A stretch of 64,000 nt of DNA from NCBI GenBank assembly GCA_964016885.1, contig OZ024757.1, forward strand, positions 9,238,001 through 9,302,000, in the 5' to 3' direction. The DNA comes from Eledone cirrhosa (Eukaryota). A program made the translations under genes and the position numbers. This document shows, one piece after another, positions 43,120 to 55,464 of the stretch. Position 1 is the stretch's first letter, and each line of letters opens with the position of its first letter. The notes beneath the pieces are model-generated. The model had not been told where the DNA came from. It did no database searches and saw nothing but the letters and a program-made list of their open reading frames with translations.

Positions 43120-46100
43120 TGTGTGTGTTCTAGAGACTAGGTGCAGGGGTGGGTCTGCTAGATTCATTGTGGGTAAATAAAGATGCTATAAACTTTTCTG
43201 GATGGGAAATGACAAAGGGCTGGGTGGAGTAGGAATTATGTTAGCAGAGAAATGGGTAGATAAGGTAATTGCCATAAATAGAGTTAACAACAGAATAATT
43301 AGAATAAGACTAGTTCTAAATAGAACAACTATGACTCTAATATCCACTTATGCACCCCAATCTGGTCTACTTGACGTTATAAAAGACAGGTTCTATGATT
43401 TGCTAATGCTCACTTCCTCCCAAATAACAGACAGTGACTACATAATTATTGCTGGTGACCTAAATGGTCACGTTGGACAACATAGTGATGGCTATGATGG
43501 AATCCATGAAGGCTATGGGTTTGGTACTAGAAATGAGGAAGGCTTCAGGATCCTGGAATTTTGTGGTGCTAATAACCTAACTATCTGTAACACAAACTTC
43601 GAAAAACGAGACAATCACTTGGTCACCTATAGATCAGGGAAACACGCCAGCCAGATATACGATATCCTTACTAGAAGACGTGACAGAGTGTCTGTTGTAA
43701 ACACTAAGTCCCTCCTCTGTGAAGAATTCACCTCCCTACATAACTTAGTAGTTAGTGACCTCACAGTCAGGACTAGACGTACTCGACGACAGAGGGGGAC
43801 TACCTTAAGGAGATGATGGAAGTTGAAGGACCTCACAGCCAGTGACACATTTAAAAGCATATTAGTTAATGCTTTTGACAGTAAAGAGGTGCAATTAGAG
43901 ACATACAATATAGAGGAACAGTGGCAATTCTTGAAAGTTAACCTGCTGAAGGCGACAGATGAAATCTGTTGCTGGAGCAGACCTATAGGCAGGAGGAGAG
44001 TAACTTGGAGGTGGAGGAGACAATCAGGCTCGGAAAGTATTGTGGGATGGGGAAAGTAGAGAACACTATTAGGTGGCTAGGAGACAATTGTACTTTGCAA
44101 GAATGGAAGCAGAGAATAGAAAGTTCAAGCATGTTCTACAACGTGAGGTGTTCAGGATCGCAATACAAAGTGTCAAGGAAAACCGTGATATTGTCAGGGA
44201 GAAGTGTGTCTGTAATGATGATGGTGTACTTGCCCTCCCTGATACTGATAAGAAGGTAGCTTGGAAGTGTCACTACGAGGGACTACTAAATGAGGAGAAT
44301 AAATCGGGAAAAAGATAGTCTGCCCCAAATCGATCCAATAGAAGGACCAGCGGTGCAAGTTAATGGTAGTATAGTAAGTAAGGCAATCAAAGATATGAAG
44401 ACGGGCAAGGCAGCTGGGCCTTTAGAGATAGTTGTTGAGATGTTGAAAGCATCTGGAATGGTGGGACATACTATGGACACCGAGATAGTAAACCAAGTAA
44501 TACAGAAGGGGGTTATACCAGATGACTGGCGTAGCAGTATCATCGTTAACTGCTACAAGGGTAAGGGAGATGCCCTAGATAGGGGAAACTATAGAGGCAT
44601 TAAGGTAGTTGACCAGGTCATGAAGGTCACAGAAAGAGTTATAGCACAACTAATCAGAGACCAAATTGATCTAGATGAAATATAGTTTGGGTTCATGCCA
44701 GGTAAAAGTACCACAGATGCTATTTTCTTGGACAGGAGAAGTACCTAGCTAAAAGTAAACTCCTTATACTTAGCTTTTGTTGACTTGGAGAAAGCCTTTG
44801 ACAGAGTCCCCCGCTCCATTATCTGGTGGGCCCTTAGAAATGTAGGAGTAGATAAATGGCTTGTGAGAGCTATACAAGCCATGTATATAGAAACAGTCAG
44901 CAAGGTTAGAATTAACAATGAACATAGTGAAGAATTTAGCGTAAAAGTAGGTGTTCAGCAAGGCCCCATCCTTAGCTTCCTCCTGTTTATTATTGCCCTT
45001 CAAGCTATAACAAAGGGGTTTAAGACCAGCTGCCCACGGGAACTTCTATATTCAGATGATCTAACTCTCCTAGCCAAATCTATGGCTGAACTACACAAGA
45101 AATTCCCAAAATGGAGGCATAGCCTTGAATCAAAAGGCCTTAAAGTTAACTTGTCTAAGACTAAAGGTCTAGTATGTAGAAAAGAAAATAGGGCACTGGT
45201 GCCATGCTCTGTGTGTAGGAAAGGAGTAGGTAGAAATTCCATTCTATGTCCCAAATGCAAACTATGGGTACATAAAAGATGTAGTGAGATCACAGGTAAG
45301 CTATCTAAGAATGTAGATTTTATATGTGGCCGATGCTGATGTGAAATAAGCAGCAAGTACCCACAGGATACTAGAACCTTCTACTGCCCAGATGGTTCTA
45401 TAGAAATAGTGGACACTTTCTGTTGCCTGGATGACAAAATCAGCAGTGGAGGAGGGTGTTCTGAAAGTGTAGTAGCCAGAGTTAGAACGGGATGGAGAAA
45501 GTTCAGAGAGCTTATACCGCTGCTAGACACAAACATTTCTCTCTAAAAATGAAAGGCAGATTGTATGATGCCTGTATACGAACAGCAATGTTACATGGCA
45601 GTGAGACATGGGCATTGTGTGCAGAGGACCTGCACAGATTGGAAAGGAATGAGGCATGCATGCTACATTGGACGTGTAATTGTAATATACATGAAAGGCA
45701 AAAACATAATCGAACTAAGTGAGAATTAGGCATAAGAGGGATCAGATACTGTTTACTTGAGAGAAGATTACATTGGTATGGTCATGTGATGCGAATGAAA
45801 GATGACAGCTTTATAAAAATGTGCAGGGTGATCAAAATTGATGGAAGTTGCGGAGTAGGTAGACCCAGAAAAACCTGGGACGACATAAAATCCAACCTTG
45901 CACACTTACACCTCTTTAGACAATGTCACTGGATCGAGATCTATGGTGCCATACAGTAACAGAGAAGACCTGCCTTCCCTACGTGCAAAGTTAACCTACA
46001 GTCAGTAGGCCCCTCCTAACCAAATATACACCCAACCCACAAGCCCTACTCCATCCGCCCACTCCCACCAACACCACCCTGTCTCTGTAAATTTATGTTG

Positions 46101-46340
46101 GTACCACAACATCCAGTCCAAACTAAAGAGGTAGTGTAGGTGTCATCACGAAAAGGCTCCGAGTCCATACTGGAAATGTGGTTGGTGTTAGGAAGGGCAT
46201 CCAGCCTTAGAAATCCTGCCAGATACAGGCCTATACGAGCGAGACACGGTCACCTGATCAATCCTGCCTCAAGTGGGACAATTCCCGTCTAACCCATGCT
46301 AGCGTTGAAGATAGACGTTAAATGATAATGATGATGATGA
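43120..46340 (+). mobile_element. Degraded RTE-clade LINE (APE endonuclease + reverse transcriptase)
   Basis: EN motifs GVGIML, YAPQ, IAGDLNGHVG, YGFGTRNEEG. RT motifs NYRGIK, DLEKAFDRVP, GVQQG, YSDD. Cys-rich C-terminal motif and (GAT)n tail at ~46322-46340. Multiple stops and frameshifts. Confidence 0.95.
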
Positions 46341-47112
46341 TATATAGTGTATATAATAGTTGTAATGTCACTGGTGCTGATCTATATCAGCCTTTCCCTT
46401 GGACAACATGACATATAGTCTATATATATTGGACAATATTATATATAGTGAATATGTGGTGTATGTAGTAGTTGTGGCAATATTCTATATACATATGTAC
46501 ACACACGCTGACAAACATGTATATACATTTAGAAGAGTCGGATGAGAAGTTCATAGACTGACCAAGTTACTCTCATGGAATGAGACAATGTATACACACA
46601 AATATATACTATATATATGTATACAAACACATATATATTGTATAGTGAAGTCATACAACATATGGTAATATCATGTTTTCAATTCTCAGTTAGGGAGGTA
46701 CATTGTGTCCTTAAGCAAGACACACCATTCCACATGTCTCTAATCTCCACAGCTGAAAAAGACAAGTAGCAGCTTTAGTTGGAGGTTTAGCATGGGTTGG
46801 ATCATTCTCTGCCTCCAACATTTTCCCTGCAGCCACAAACCCAGGCTTCACTACCTGCAATAGAGAGAAGAGGGATATAGTTAAATAACGGGGCCTGACA
46901 AACCACTTCCTCTTTGTCCCCACACTGCTGATTTCCTTCTCAAAATTAGAAAGACAGCAACCCACTTGAGGAAGGAGTCCCATGAGGTGGGGTGGATGTT
47001 GTAGTGGGTGACTCTGGCTATTCTCTGTGGTAACACCTTTGCCATTTTGTCTGTAGGGTGGGGCTGAATCACAGCTCAGACTGAAATATAAAGTCTGTCC
47101 CTCTCCCGTTAT

Positions 47113-47300
47113 TTTTGTTGGATTGGCAGTATCGGTAGAGCGTCGGACGCCAAGCTTTGTAGCATAGAGTTACCTCCCTTTATGTTCTGAGTTCAAATCC
47201 CGCCAGGGTTAACTTTGCCTTTCATCCTTACGAGGTCGATAAAAAAAGTACCAGTAATACACTGGATTAATTGCTGGCCTTGTGCCAAAAGTAGAAACAA
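47113..47300 (+). mobile_element. tRNA-derived SINE
   Basis: TGGCAGTATCGGTAGAGCG (A box), GAGTTCAAATCCC (B box), then GTCGATAAAAAAAGTACCAG..GTAGAAAC. From memory it resembles the abundant octopus SINEs; not verified. Confidence 0.85.
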
Positions 47301-47709
47301 TTATTTTCGTTGTTTGATTCGTTTTTTTTTTTTTCCATTACTTAAATATTTTATTACCTTTAATAATGTGTTTTGGTTTAATATGAACAGTTATATAAAA
47401 TTAATAACGTTATTTATTCAAATCTGAATAAAATACTAGCATATCTATTGAACGTATGAATCTAAACTATAATAAAAGGAGGAGCGTGGGACTGCGTACG
47501 GTTTATAATTGTTTATCCCATTAGTAAAATAAGTTGGATTACTTTGAATAAATAAGGAATGAATATTACATAATTTATCTACTAAATTTCGTGGCTGTTG
47601 ATTAAATATATTTTGTATATTTAAAGATTCACTTCTTTAAAATTTCTGAAATGTCAACACTTCCGGTTGGACATCACTTCAATAAACATACTAATTTTCT
47701 GTCACTAAT

Positions 47710-47892
47710 TTTGGATTGGCAGTATCGGTAGAGGGTCGGACGCCATGCTTTGACGCATAGAGTTACGGCCCTTGCCATACTGAGTTCAAATCCCGCCGAG
47801 GTTAACTTTGCTTTTCATCCTTAAGGGGTCGATAAAATAAAGTACCAGTAATACACTGGTATTTGCTGACCTTGTGCCTAACGTAGAAACAA
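47710..47892 (+). mobile_element. tRNA-derived SINE (second direct copy)
   Basis: Same A box, B box and body as 47113-47300, 593 bp downstream. Confidence 0.85.
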
Positions 47893-47940
47893 TTATATAT
47901 TGTAAATTACGATTTTATTTGATGTATCATATCTACATGT

Positions 47941-48107
47941 ATATATATACTTGCGTATAATATCAATATACACACTACACATGCTAGCAGAAAACCACAC
48001 GAAGGTAGCATGTGTAGTGTGTATATTGATATTATACGCAGGTATATATATACATGTATCATATATACCTGCGTATAATATCAATATACACACTACACAT
48101 GCTACCT
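47941..48107. repeat. Inverted-forward-inverted ~42-bp triplet (mirror of 28297-28460)
   Basis: Same unit seen directly. Confidence 0.9.
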
Positions 48108-48124
48108 TCGGGTGGTTTTCTGCA

Positions 48125-48410
48125 AGTTCATATAACGGAAGTTGTTTCTGAATGTATTAAATTATGTGGGGGACTTTTAAGTGATGACACCGGTGTCAAC
48201 TAGACGGTGAAATATTACCATTTATATCAGCTCCATTGTTACAACTTAAACCTCATCTAATTTTATCTTTTATGGTGATTATTTCATATTAAGGTGGACG
48301 TTAATGTTTGTAAATAACATAAGGTGACTTATTTACCTTATAGTTGTTGTTTTATCACCTGTATTATTAAATATTGAAGTGGTTGTTCAGCATTTTACAG
48401 GACAGGAAAA
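48125..48410 (+). promoter_or_regulatory. Putative promoter / 5' UTR exon / short intron module upstream of ZF-B
   Basis: The block (ACGGAAGT..GGGACTTTTAA..TGACACCGG; ATAACATAAG|GTGA; TTTTACAG|GACAG) is conserved upstream of ZF-A, and in diverged form upstream of ZF-C. A GT..AG intron at 48324-48400 is inferred. Confidence 0.45.
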
Positions 48411-49061
48411 TATTATTTTAATCAGAAATCGGTGAACATTTAGTTTTTACTAACTTTTCTTGACTTTATATTTGGTCTTGACAACTAAAGTACGTATTAT
48501 TTCGTTTTCCACCACAACACAAACATTGTGAACTTTTCTATCTGAAGTGAAATATCTTGATTTATTACAACAACTACACACATATTTCTACACACACACA
48601 CACGTCTATTTCTCTCTCTCTCATACCTACACACTGTATGTCTGTATATATATTAACCTTCATCTTTTGAAATTATCGATATTAATCCTCTTGTCACCTG
48701 AACTGTCCTCAATAACAAGAACCTTAACTATAGAAGTCTTATTCGTCAGTTTTATGAGCTGAGGATTTTATTGTGAATAGAGCTCTCACCTTAGCAAAAA
48801 TAATAGGCGAATACTCCACAAGAATCATATATATATATATATACATAAAAGCACTTGCCTTTTCTTCATCCAAGATCAGTCTGACGCTGACATATGTCTT
48901 ATTACTTGTACCAACTAAATGCTACATTACAACTTGTAGAAGAAGAAAGCAGACTTCTGCAGTCTTTTATGGACCCTTTGTATATTAGAATACATGGCAT
49001 CTATTAACGATATCTACATTTCTTAATGTATCAGTAAAAGTAGTGAGAATCCTTTATGTAA

Positions 49062-49757
<696 letters not shown>

Positions 49758-49844
49758 ACCCCATCACTGTGAAATGTGAAACACACAACTATACAGACAC
49801 ACTCTGGAAGGAAGAATATACAATGTGAAGCTTGAAAAATCCTT

Positions 49845-50340
49845 ATCATCATCATTATCAACACCGTTTTACGTCCATTCTTCCATGGGTTGTCCTGTTG
49901 TGGACAATGCCAGGTCGGGTCGCCTTGTCTTGCTCATATGGGAACTGATTTTGGCTTGATTTCTACAGCTTGATGTCCTTCCTAACACAAAACCTCATTT
50001 ACTGTGAGTGCTAGGTGCTTTTTTTACCATGGTGCCTACACAGCCACTTTACTCTGGGGGCTGGGTGATATTTTGTTGACCACTTTGCAGTGGGTGGGGA
50101 TGGGGAGATATTTGTCTATATGCTTCAGCTTCGGCTTGTAGCCGTGTGAAGTCAGGTCTTCTGTATTACTGCATGATGCCAGAGGGCAGCGTCCTACGTC
50201 ATCGCTTTTGAGAGGTGCAATTGGGCAAGGTCAGCTTTTATCACCTCATCCCGGGTTTTCCTGGATCTCCCCACTCCATGGCTTCCAGCGACATTTAGTG
50301 CTCTGCACCTTTTAATGCAGCTGTCAACCTTCATATGCAT
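49845..50340 (-). mobile_element. RTE 3' fragment (mirror of 25868-26372)
   Basis: (CAT)n tail at ~49845-49860. Reverse complement of the left-arm fragment. Confidence 0.8.
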
Positions 50341-50747
50341 CTATATATATATACTCTATCAAATGGAAGAAGTATACTGCCATATATTGACGATTACTAC
50401 AATATCTAGGGAGCGAAGGACAAGATATGCCAGACATTCCTACCGAAGAATGGATGACCTGATGATCTGGCTCCTGTGGTGGATACCTAAACATAGTAAG
50501 ACCCTAGTGAGATGACTGAAAATGACCTACATAGATCAGATGTCTAGGGATGTTCAGGTAGGGATTAATGATCTCAATAATGCCACAAAATAATAATATA
50601 TATTAATGAACATTTATTATGGTGAAATATGTTGGAAATTATTCTCAGGTTTTGTATTGTAATCCACAAATACACTCTGTAGAATGTTCTACTTCATATT
50701 TGTCATTAAGGTTTCTTATAGAGACACAATCTTATTTTATTGCTGAT

Positions 50748-51070
50748 GGTGGTGGATTGGCAGAATCAGTAGAGTGTCAGACGATATGCTTTGTGTCATA
50801 TAGTTACATCCCTTTACGTTCTGTATTAAAAACCTGCTGAGGTTAGCTTTACTCTTCCTCAGGTTCAGTAAAATAAAGTACCAGTAATGCACTGGGGTTG
50901 AGTTAAAAGTAGAAACATTATTTAAAGTCTATAAAACAATGGATGGAATGCTTTCTGCCATATTTGTTCTGGTTCTCTGCTCTCTGAGTTTAAATCCTGC
51001 TGAGGTCAACTTTGCCTTTCATCCATTCAAGGTTGATAACAAAAATGTACCAGTCTACCACAGGGGTCTG
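50748..51070 (+). mobile_element. Two degraded tRNA-derived SINE copies
   Basis: GGATTGGCAGAATCAGTAGAG..AAATAAAGTACCAG..GTAGAAAC and CTGAGTTTAAATCCTGCTGAGGTCAACTTTGCCTTTCATCC. Confidence 0.7.
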
Positions 51071-51661
51071 CTCTTCCTCTCTATATTTCTTTCTCACTTC
51101 CTCTCTCTCATTCTCTCTCCTTCTCTGGAAGAAATCACCTGTCCCAACCTGGAGAGTGAAGGGCTCCACCAAGCTTCAGATGTCCACAGTGACACCCCTA
51201 TGACTCCATCAGTGCAAGAAAAACAAAACAAGATTGATGTGTTTATATGTGTTATTTTACAAACACTAACTGATTTATGTTTATATTTGTGACAAAATAT
51301 CCACATTTATGTGTAAATAAAAACAATTTTATAACTTTAATATTTATTGATGGTACTTTCATGACAGTTGAAATTATGACTTTTTTTTAGAAATAATTCA
51401 CATTTGAAAATACTTTACAACTTTCTTCTCTTGCCAAACAAGGGTTTGGTAGGACCCTTCAGTTGTGTCAAAGACATAACAACCTCTTTAGTACTGGTGC
51501 CCCAGTAGAATGTGGGACCATATGTAAGAGAGATGTGGTCTACCACTGCACCCTGGTTTGTAAAGACCTGTCCCACCCTTGCTAGCAGGGAAAGTAGACA
51601 TTAAATGATGATCTATGATGTCATTGGTGCCAAGTTGTTTCAGCTATTCCCTTGGACAACA

Positions 51662-51985
51662 TTATATATAATGTGTATGTCGTATATATATATAGTTTAT
51701 ATATTGTCTATATGTAGCATATACTCTATATATGCAGTATTTATATATAGTGAATATATTGTGTATATGTAGCCCGTACATATTATTTATATGTTTATGT
51801 ATAGTGTATATATTGTGTATATGGAGCACATACTCTATATACATAGTATTTAAATGTAAATATATAGTGTATATATTGTGTATATGTAGCACATACACTA
51901 TATACATACTATTTATATGTATATATATAATGTATATTTTGTGTATATGTAGCACGTACACTATATACATAGTATTTATATGTAT
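51662..51985. repeat. TA-rich minisatellite (~54-63 bp unit), resuming at 54316-54445
   Basis: GTGTATATG(T)AGCAC-like core at 51761, 51815, 51878 and 51941, and again after the RTE tail. Confidence 0.85.
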
Positions 51986-51989
51986 CAAT

Positions 51990-54315
51990 TAAGGCCAAAA
52001 AGCAGGCTTGGAAAGTATGGCGGGATGGGGGAAGCAGAGAAGACTATCAAGTGGCCAGGAGGGAAGCTAGGAGACAAGTGTGCTTCGCAAGAAGGGAAGC
52101 AGAGGAAAGAAAGTTCAAGCATGTCCTACAACGTGAGGTGTTCAGGATTGCTAGGCAATGTGTCAAGGAAAACCGTGATATTGTCAGGGAGAAGTGTGTA
52201 CTTAATGATGACAGCGTACTTGCCATCACCGACGCTGATAAGAAGGTAGCTTGGAAGTGTCACTATGAAAGGCTACTAAATGAGGAGAATAAATGGGAGA
52301 AAGACAGTCTCCCCCATATCGACCCAATAGAGGGACCAGCAGTGTTAGTCGAGGGGAGTATAATAAGTAAGGCAATCAAGGATATGAAGACGGGTAAGGC
52401 GGCTGGGCCTTCGGAAATAGTTGCCGAGATGCTGAAGGCATCTGGTACGGTGGGACACACCATGGTCACCCGGATAGTTAACCAAGTCGTACAGAATGGG
52501 GTTGTTCCGAAGGACTGGCGTAGCAGCATCATCGTTAACTGTTATAAGGGTAAAGGAGATGCCCTAGATAGGAGTAACTATAGAGGCATTAAATTAATCG
52601 ACCAGGTCATGAAGGTCACGGAAAAAGTAATAGCGCAACTAATCAGAGAGAGAATTGATCTAGATGAAATGCAGTTCGGGTTTGTGTCAGGTAAAAGTAC
52701 CACAGACGCTCTTTTCATTGTACGACAACTACAGGAGAAGTACCTAGCTAAAAGTAAACCCCTATACTTAGCTTTTGTCGACTTGGAGAAAGCCTTCGAC
52801 AGAGTCCCCCGTTACATTATCTGGTGGGCTCTTAGAAAACTAGGTGTTGACGAATGGCTTGTGAGAGCTATACAAGCCATGTTAAAAGAAACAGTCAACA
52901 AGGTTAGAATTAACAACGAATATAGTGAAGTGTTTAGCGTAAAAGTTGGCGTCCATCAGGGCTCTGTTCTCAGCCCCCTATTATTTATTATTGCCCTTCA
53001 GGCTATAACAGAGGAGTTCAAGACCGGTTGCCCATGGGAACTCCTATACGCAGATGACCTAACACTCATAGCTGAATCAATGGCCGAGCTGGAGAAGAAA
53101 TTCCAAACATGGAAGCACGGCCTAGAATCAAAAGGCCTTAAAATTAACCTGGCTAAGACTAAAGTTCTAGTTTGTAAGAAAGAAAATAAGGCGGCGGTTC
53201 CTTCCGGGAAGTGGCCATGCTCAGTGTGTAGGAAAGGCGTAGGTAGAAACTCCATTTTGTGTCCCAAATGCAAAGTATGGGTGCATAAGTAGCAGCAAGT
53301 GCCCACAAAATACTAGCTCTTTCAACTGCGCAGAGGGTTCTATAGAAATAGTGGACAGCTTCCGTTACCTGGGTGACAAAATCAGCAGTGGGGAGGGGGG
53401 GGGGGGGGGGGGTTGCTCTGAAAGTACAGTAGCTAGAGTCAGAACTGGATGGAAAAAGTTCAGAGAGCTTATACCACTATTAGCCGCTAAAGGGTTCTCC
53501 CTAAAAATGAAGGGCAGGTTTATGATGCCTGCATACGAACAGCAATGTTACATGGCAGTGAGACCTGGGCATTGTGTGCAGAGGATATACGCAGACTAGA
53601 GAGAAACGAAGCTTGCATGCTCCGCTGGATGTGTAATAGTAATATACGTGAACGGCAAAGCATAAACGAACTAAGGAAAAAATTAGAAATAAGAGGGATC
53701 AGATGTTGTTTACTCGAGAGAAGGCTACGTTGGTATGGTCACGTGATGCGCATGAAAGACGATAGCTGTATAACAAAGTGCAGGGCAATAAAGATAGACG
53801 GTAGCCACGGAATAGGCAGACCCAGAAAGACCTGGGACGAGCTGATAAATTCCGACCTCACACACTTACACCTCACCAAGACAATGTCACTGGACCGAGA
53901 TCTTTGGCGGTACTCAGTAATAGAGAAGACCCGCCTTACCTAAATACAAAGTAAAACCTACTACAGTCAGTAGGCATCTCTAACAAAATACACCCCAATC
54001 CCCCCATCCACACCGCCCCTTTCAATGTAAATTTATGTTGGTGCCACAACATCCAGGCCGAAACAAATGAGATCGTGTAGGTATCACGACAAAAAAAACA
54101 CACAGTCCACGCTGTAATGTGGCCGTGTAGGCAACACGGTAAAAACCTCCCAGCCCCACACTGTAAATGTGGTTGGTGTTAGGAAGGGCATCCACCTGTA
54201 GAAAACCTGCCAGGCAGTCCTATGCGAGCAAGATAATCACTCTTGCCTCAAGTGGGAAAACCCCCGTCCAAACCCATGCAAGCGTGGAATATGGACGTTA
54301 AACATTGATGATGAT
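51990..54315 (+). mobile_element. 5'-truncated RTE-clade LINE with an open 413-aa RT reading frame
   Basis: NYRGIKL, QFGF, FVDLEKAFDRVP, GVHQGSVLSPLLF, YADDL and a CxxC..CxxC motif. C-terminus RLRWYGHVMRM..GRPRKTW; (GAT)n tail at ~54306-54315. Confidence 0.96.
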
Positions 54316-54444
54316 GTATATTTTGTGTATATGTAGCACGTACACTATATACATATTATTTATATGTATATATATAGTGTATATTTTTGTGTATATGTAG
54401 CACATACTATATACGTATGTATATATATAGTGTATATTTTGTGT

Positions 54445-54965
54445 ATCATCATTACACTACTTTTCCATGCTTGCATGGGTTGGACCGGTCCTTCTTAGCA
54501 CGACATCTCTCCACTAGATGCCTTCCAGTCTTCACAATTTGAGTTAAGCTCTCACAACATTTACTCCTGACTTTCTTGGTCATCCTCTCCTGCAGCTTCC
54601 TTCCACTAGGATTTCCTCAGCTTGTCCAAGCTCTGTATTTCTCTCACATATACGTTGCAGATCCAACAAAACATGGTTGCTTCATTTCTCTCCAGTCTAA
54701 TCGCATCATCTGCAGTCACAGCCCATGTTTCTCTACCATGCAGTATTGTGCACTTCACACAGGCTTTATATACCCTTCCTCTTGTGTGTAGGGAGAAACC
54801 TTATGTTATCAGCAGTAGTAGTTCACTAAACTTCCATCCTATCCTTATTCAAGCCACTCTACTCTTGGCACACCCTCCTCTGCTGCTGATTAGGTCACCT
54901 AGATAGCAGAAGCTATCAACCACATCTACAGATCCTTCCTGTGACTGGAAACGGTGTATAACAGT
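54445..54965 (-). mobile_element. Older RTE 3' fragment
   Basis: Minus strand encodes VDSFCYLGDLISSRGGC, homologous to MDSFRYLGDKISSG..GGC at 53351. CATCAT tail at ~54445. Confidence 0.8.
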
Positions 54966-55002
54966 AGCACTCTTCCTCTCAATTTCTGCTGTGCTGCCTA
55001 AC

Positions 55003-55365
55003 CAACCACTTCCTCTCTGTCCCCACACTGCTGATTTCCTTCTCAAAATTAGAAAGACAAGAGCCCCCTTGAGGAAGGAGTCCCATGAGGTGGGGTGGAT
55101 GTTGCAGTGGGTGTCTCTGGCTATTCTTTGTGGTAACACCTTTGTCACTTTGTCTGTAGGGTGGGGCTGAATCACAGCTCAGACTGGAATATAGTGTCTG
55201 TCCCTCCCCCTCACCCATTGTTTTCGTTGCTAGATACGTTTTCGTTACTATATAAAATATAATTAGATTAATGAAAGTTATAATTAAGATAGCAGGTCGT
55301 TGACAATGTTTCCATTTCCGGTTTTTGACCAGTGTCATACGTTAAAAGTCCCTAATATAATTTAA
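55003..55365. repeat. Rearranged relic of ZF-cassette upstream blocks
   Basis: 55003-55208 matches ~46900-47105. 55255-55365 matches ~36230-36345 (TTAAGATAGCAGGT..GTGTCATACGTTAAAAGTCCCT). Confidence 0.8.
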
Positions 55366-55432
55366 AATATAAATATATTAACTGTACGTTGATAAACACA
55401 CACTCTCTCGTGTTTAATCGTTTCTTATATTA

Positions 55433-55440
<8 letters not shown>

Positions 55441-55464
<24 letters not shown>

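Noticed and set aside
47113-47300. tRNA gene
   Set aside because: A and B boxes are present, but there is no cloverleaf or acceptor stem, and the same body and tail recur in several copies, which indicates a SINE.
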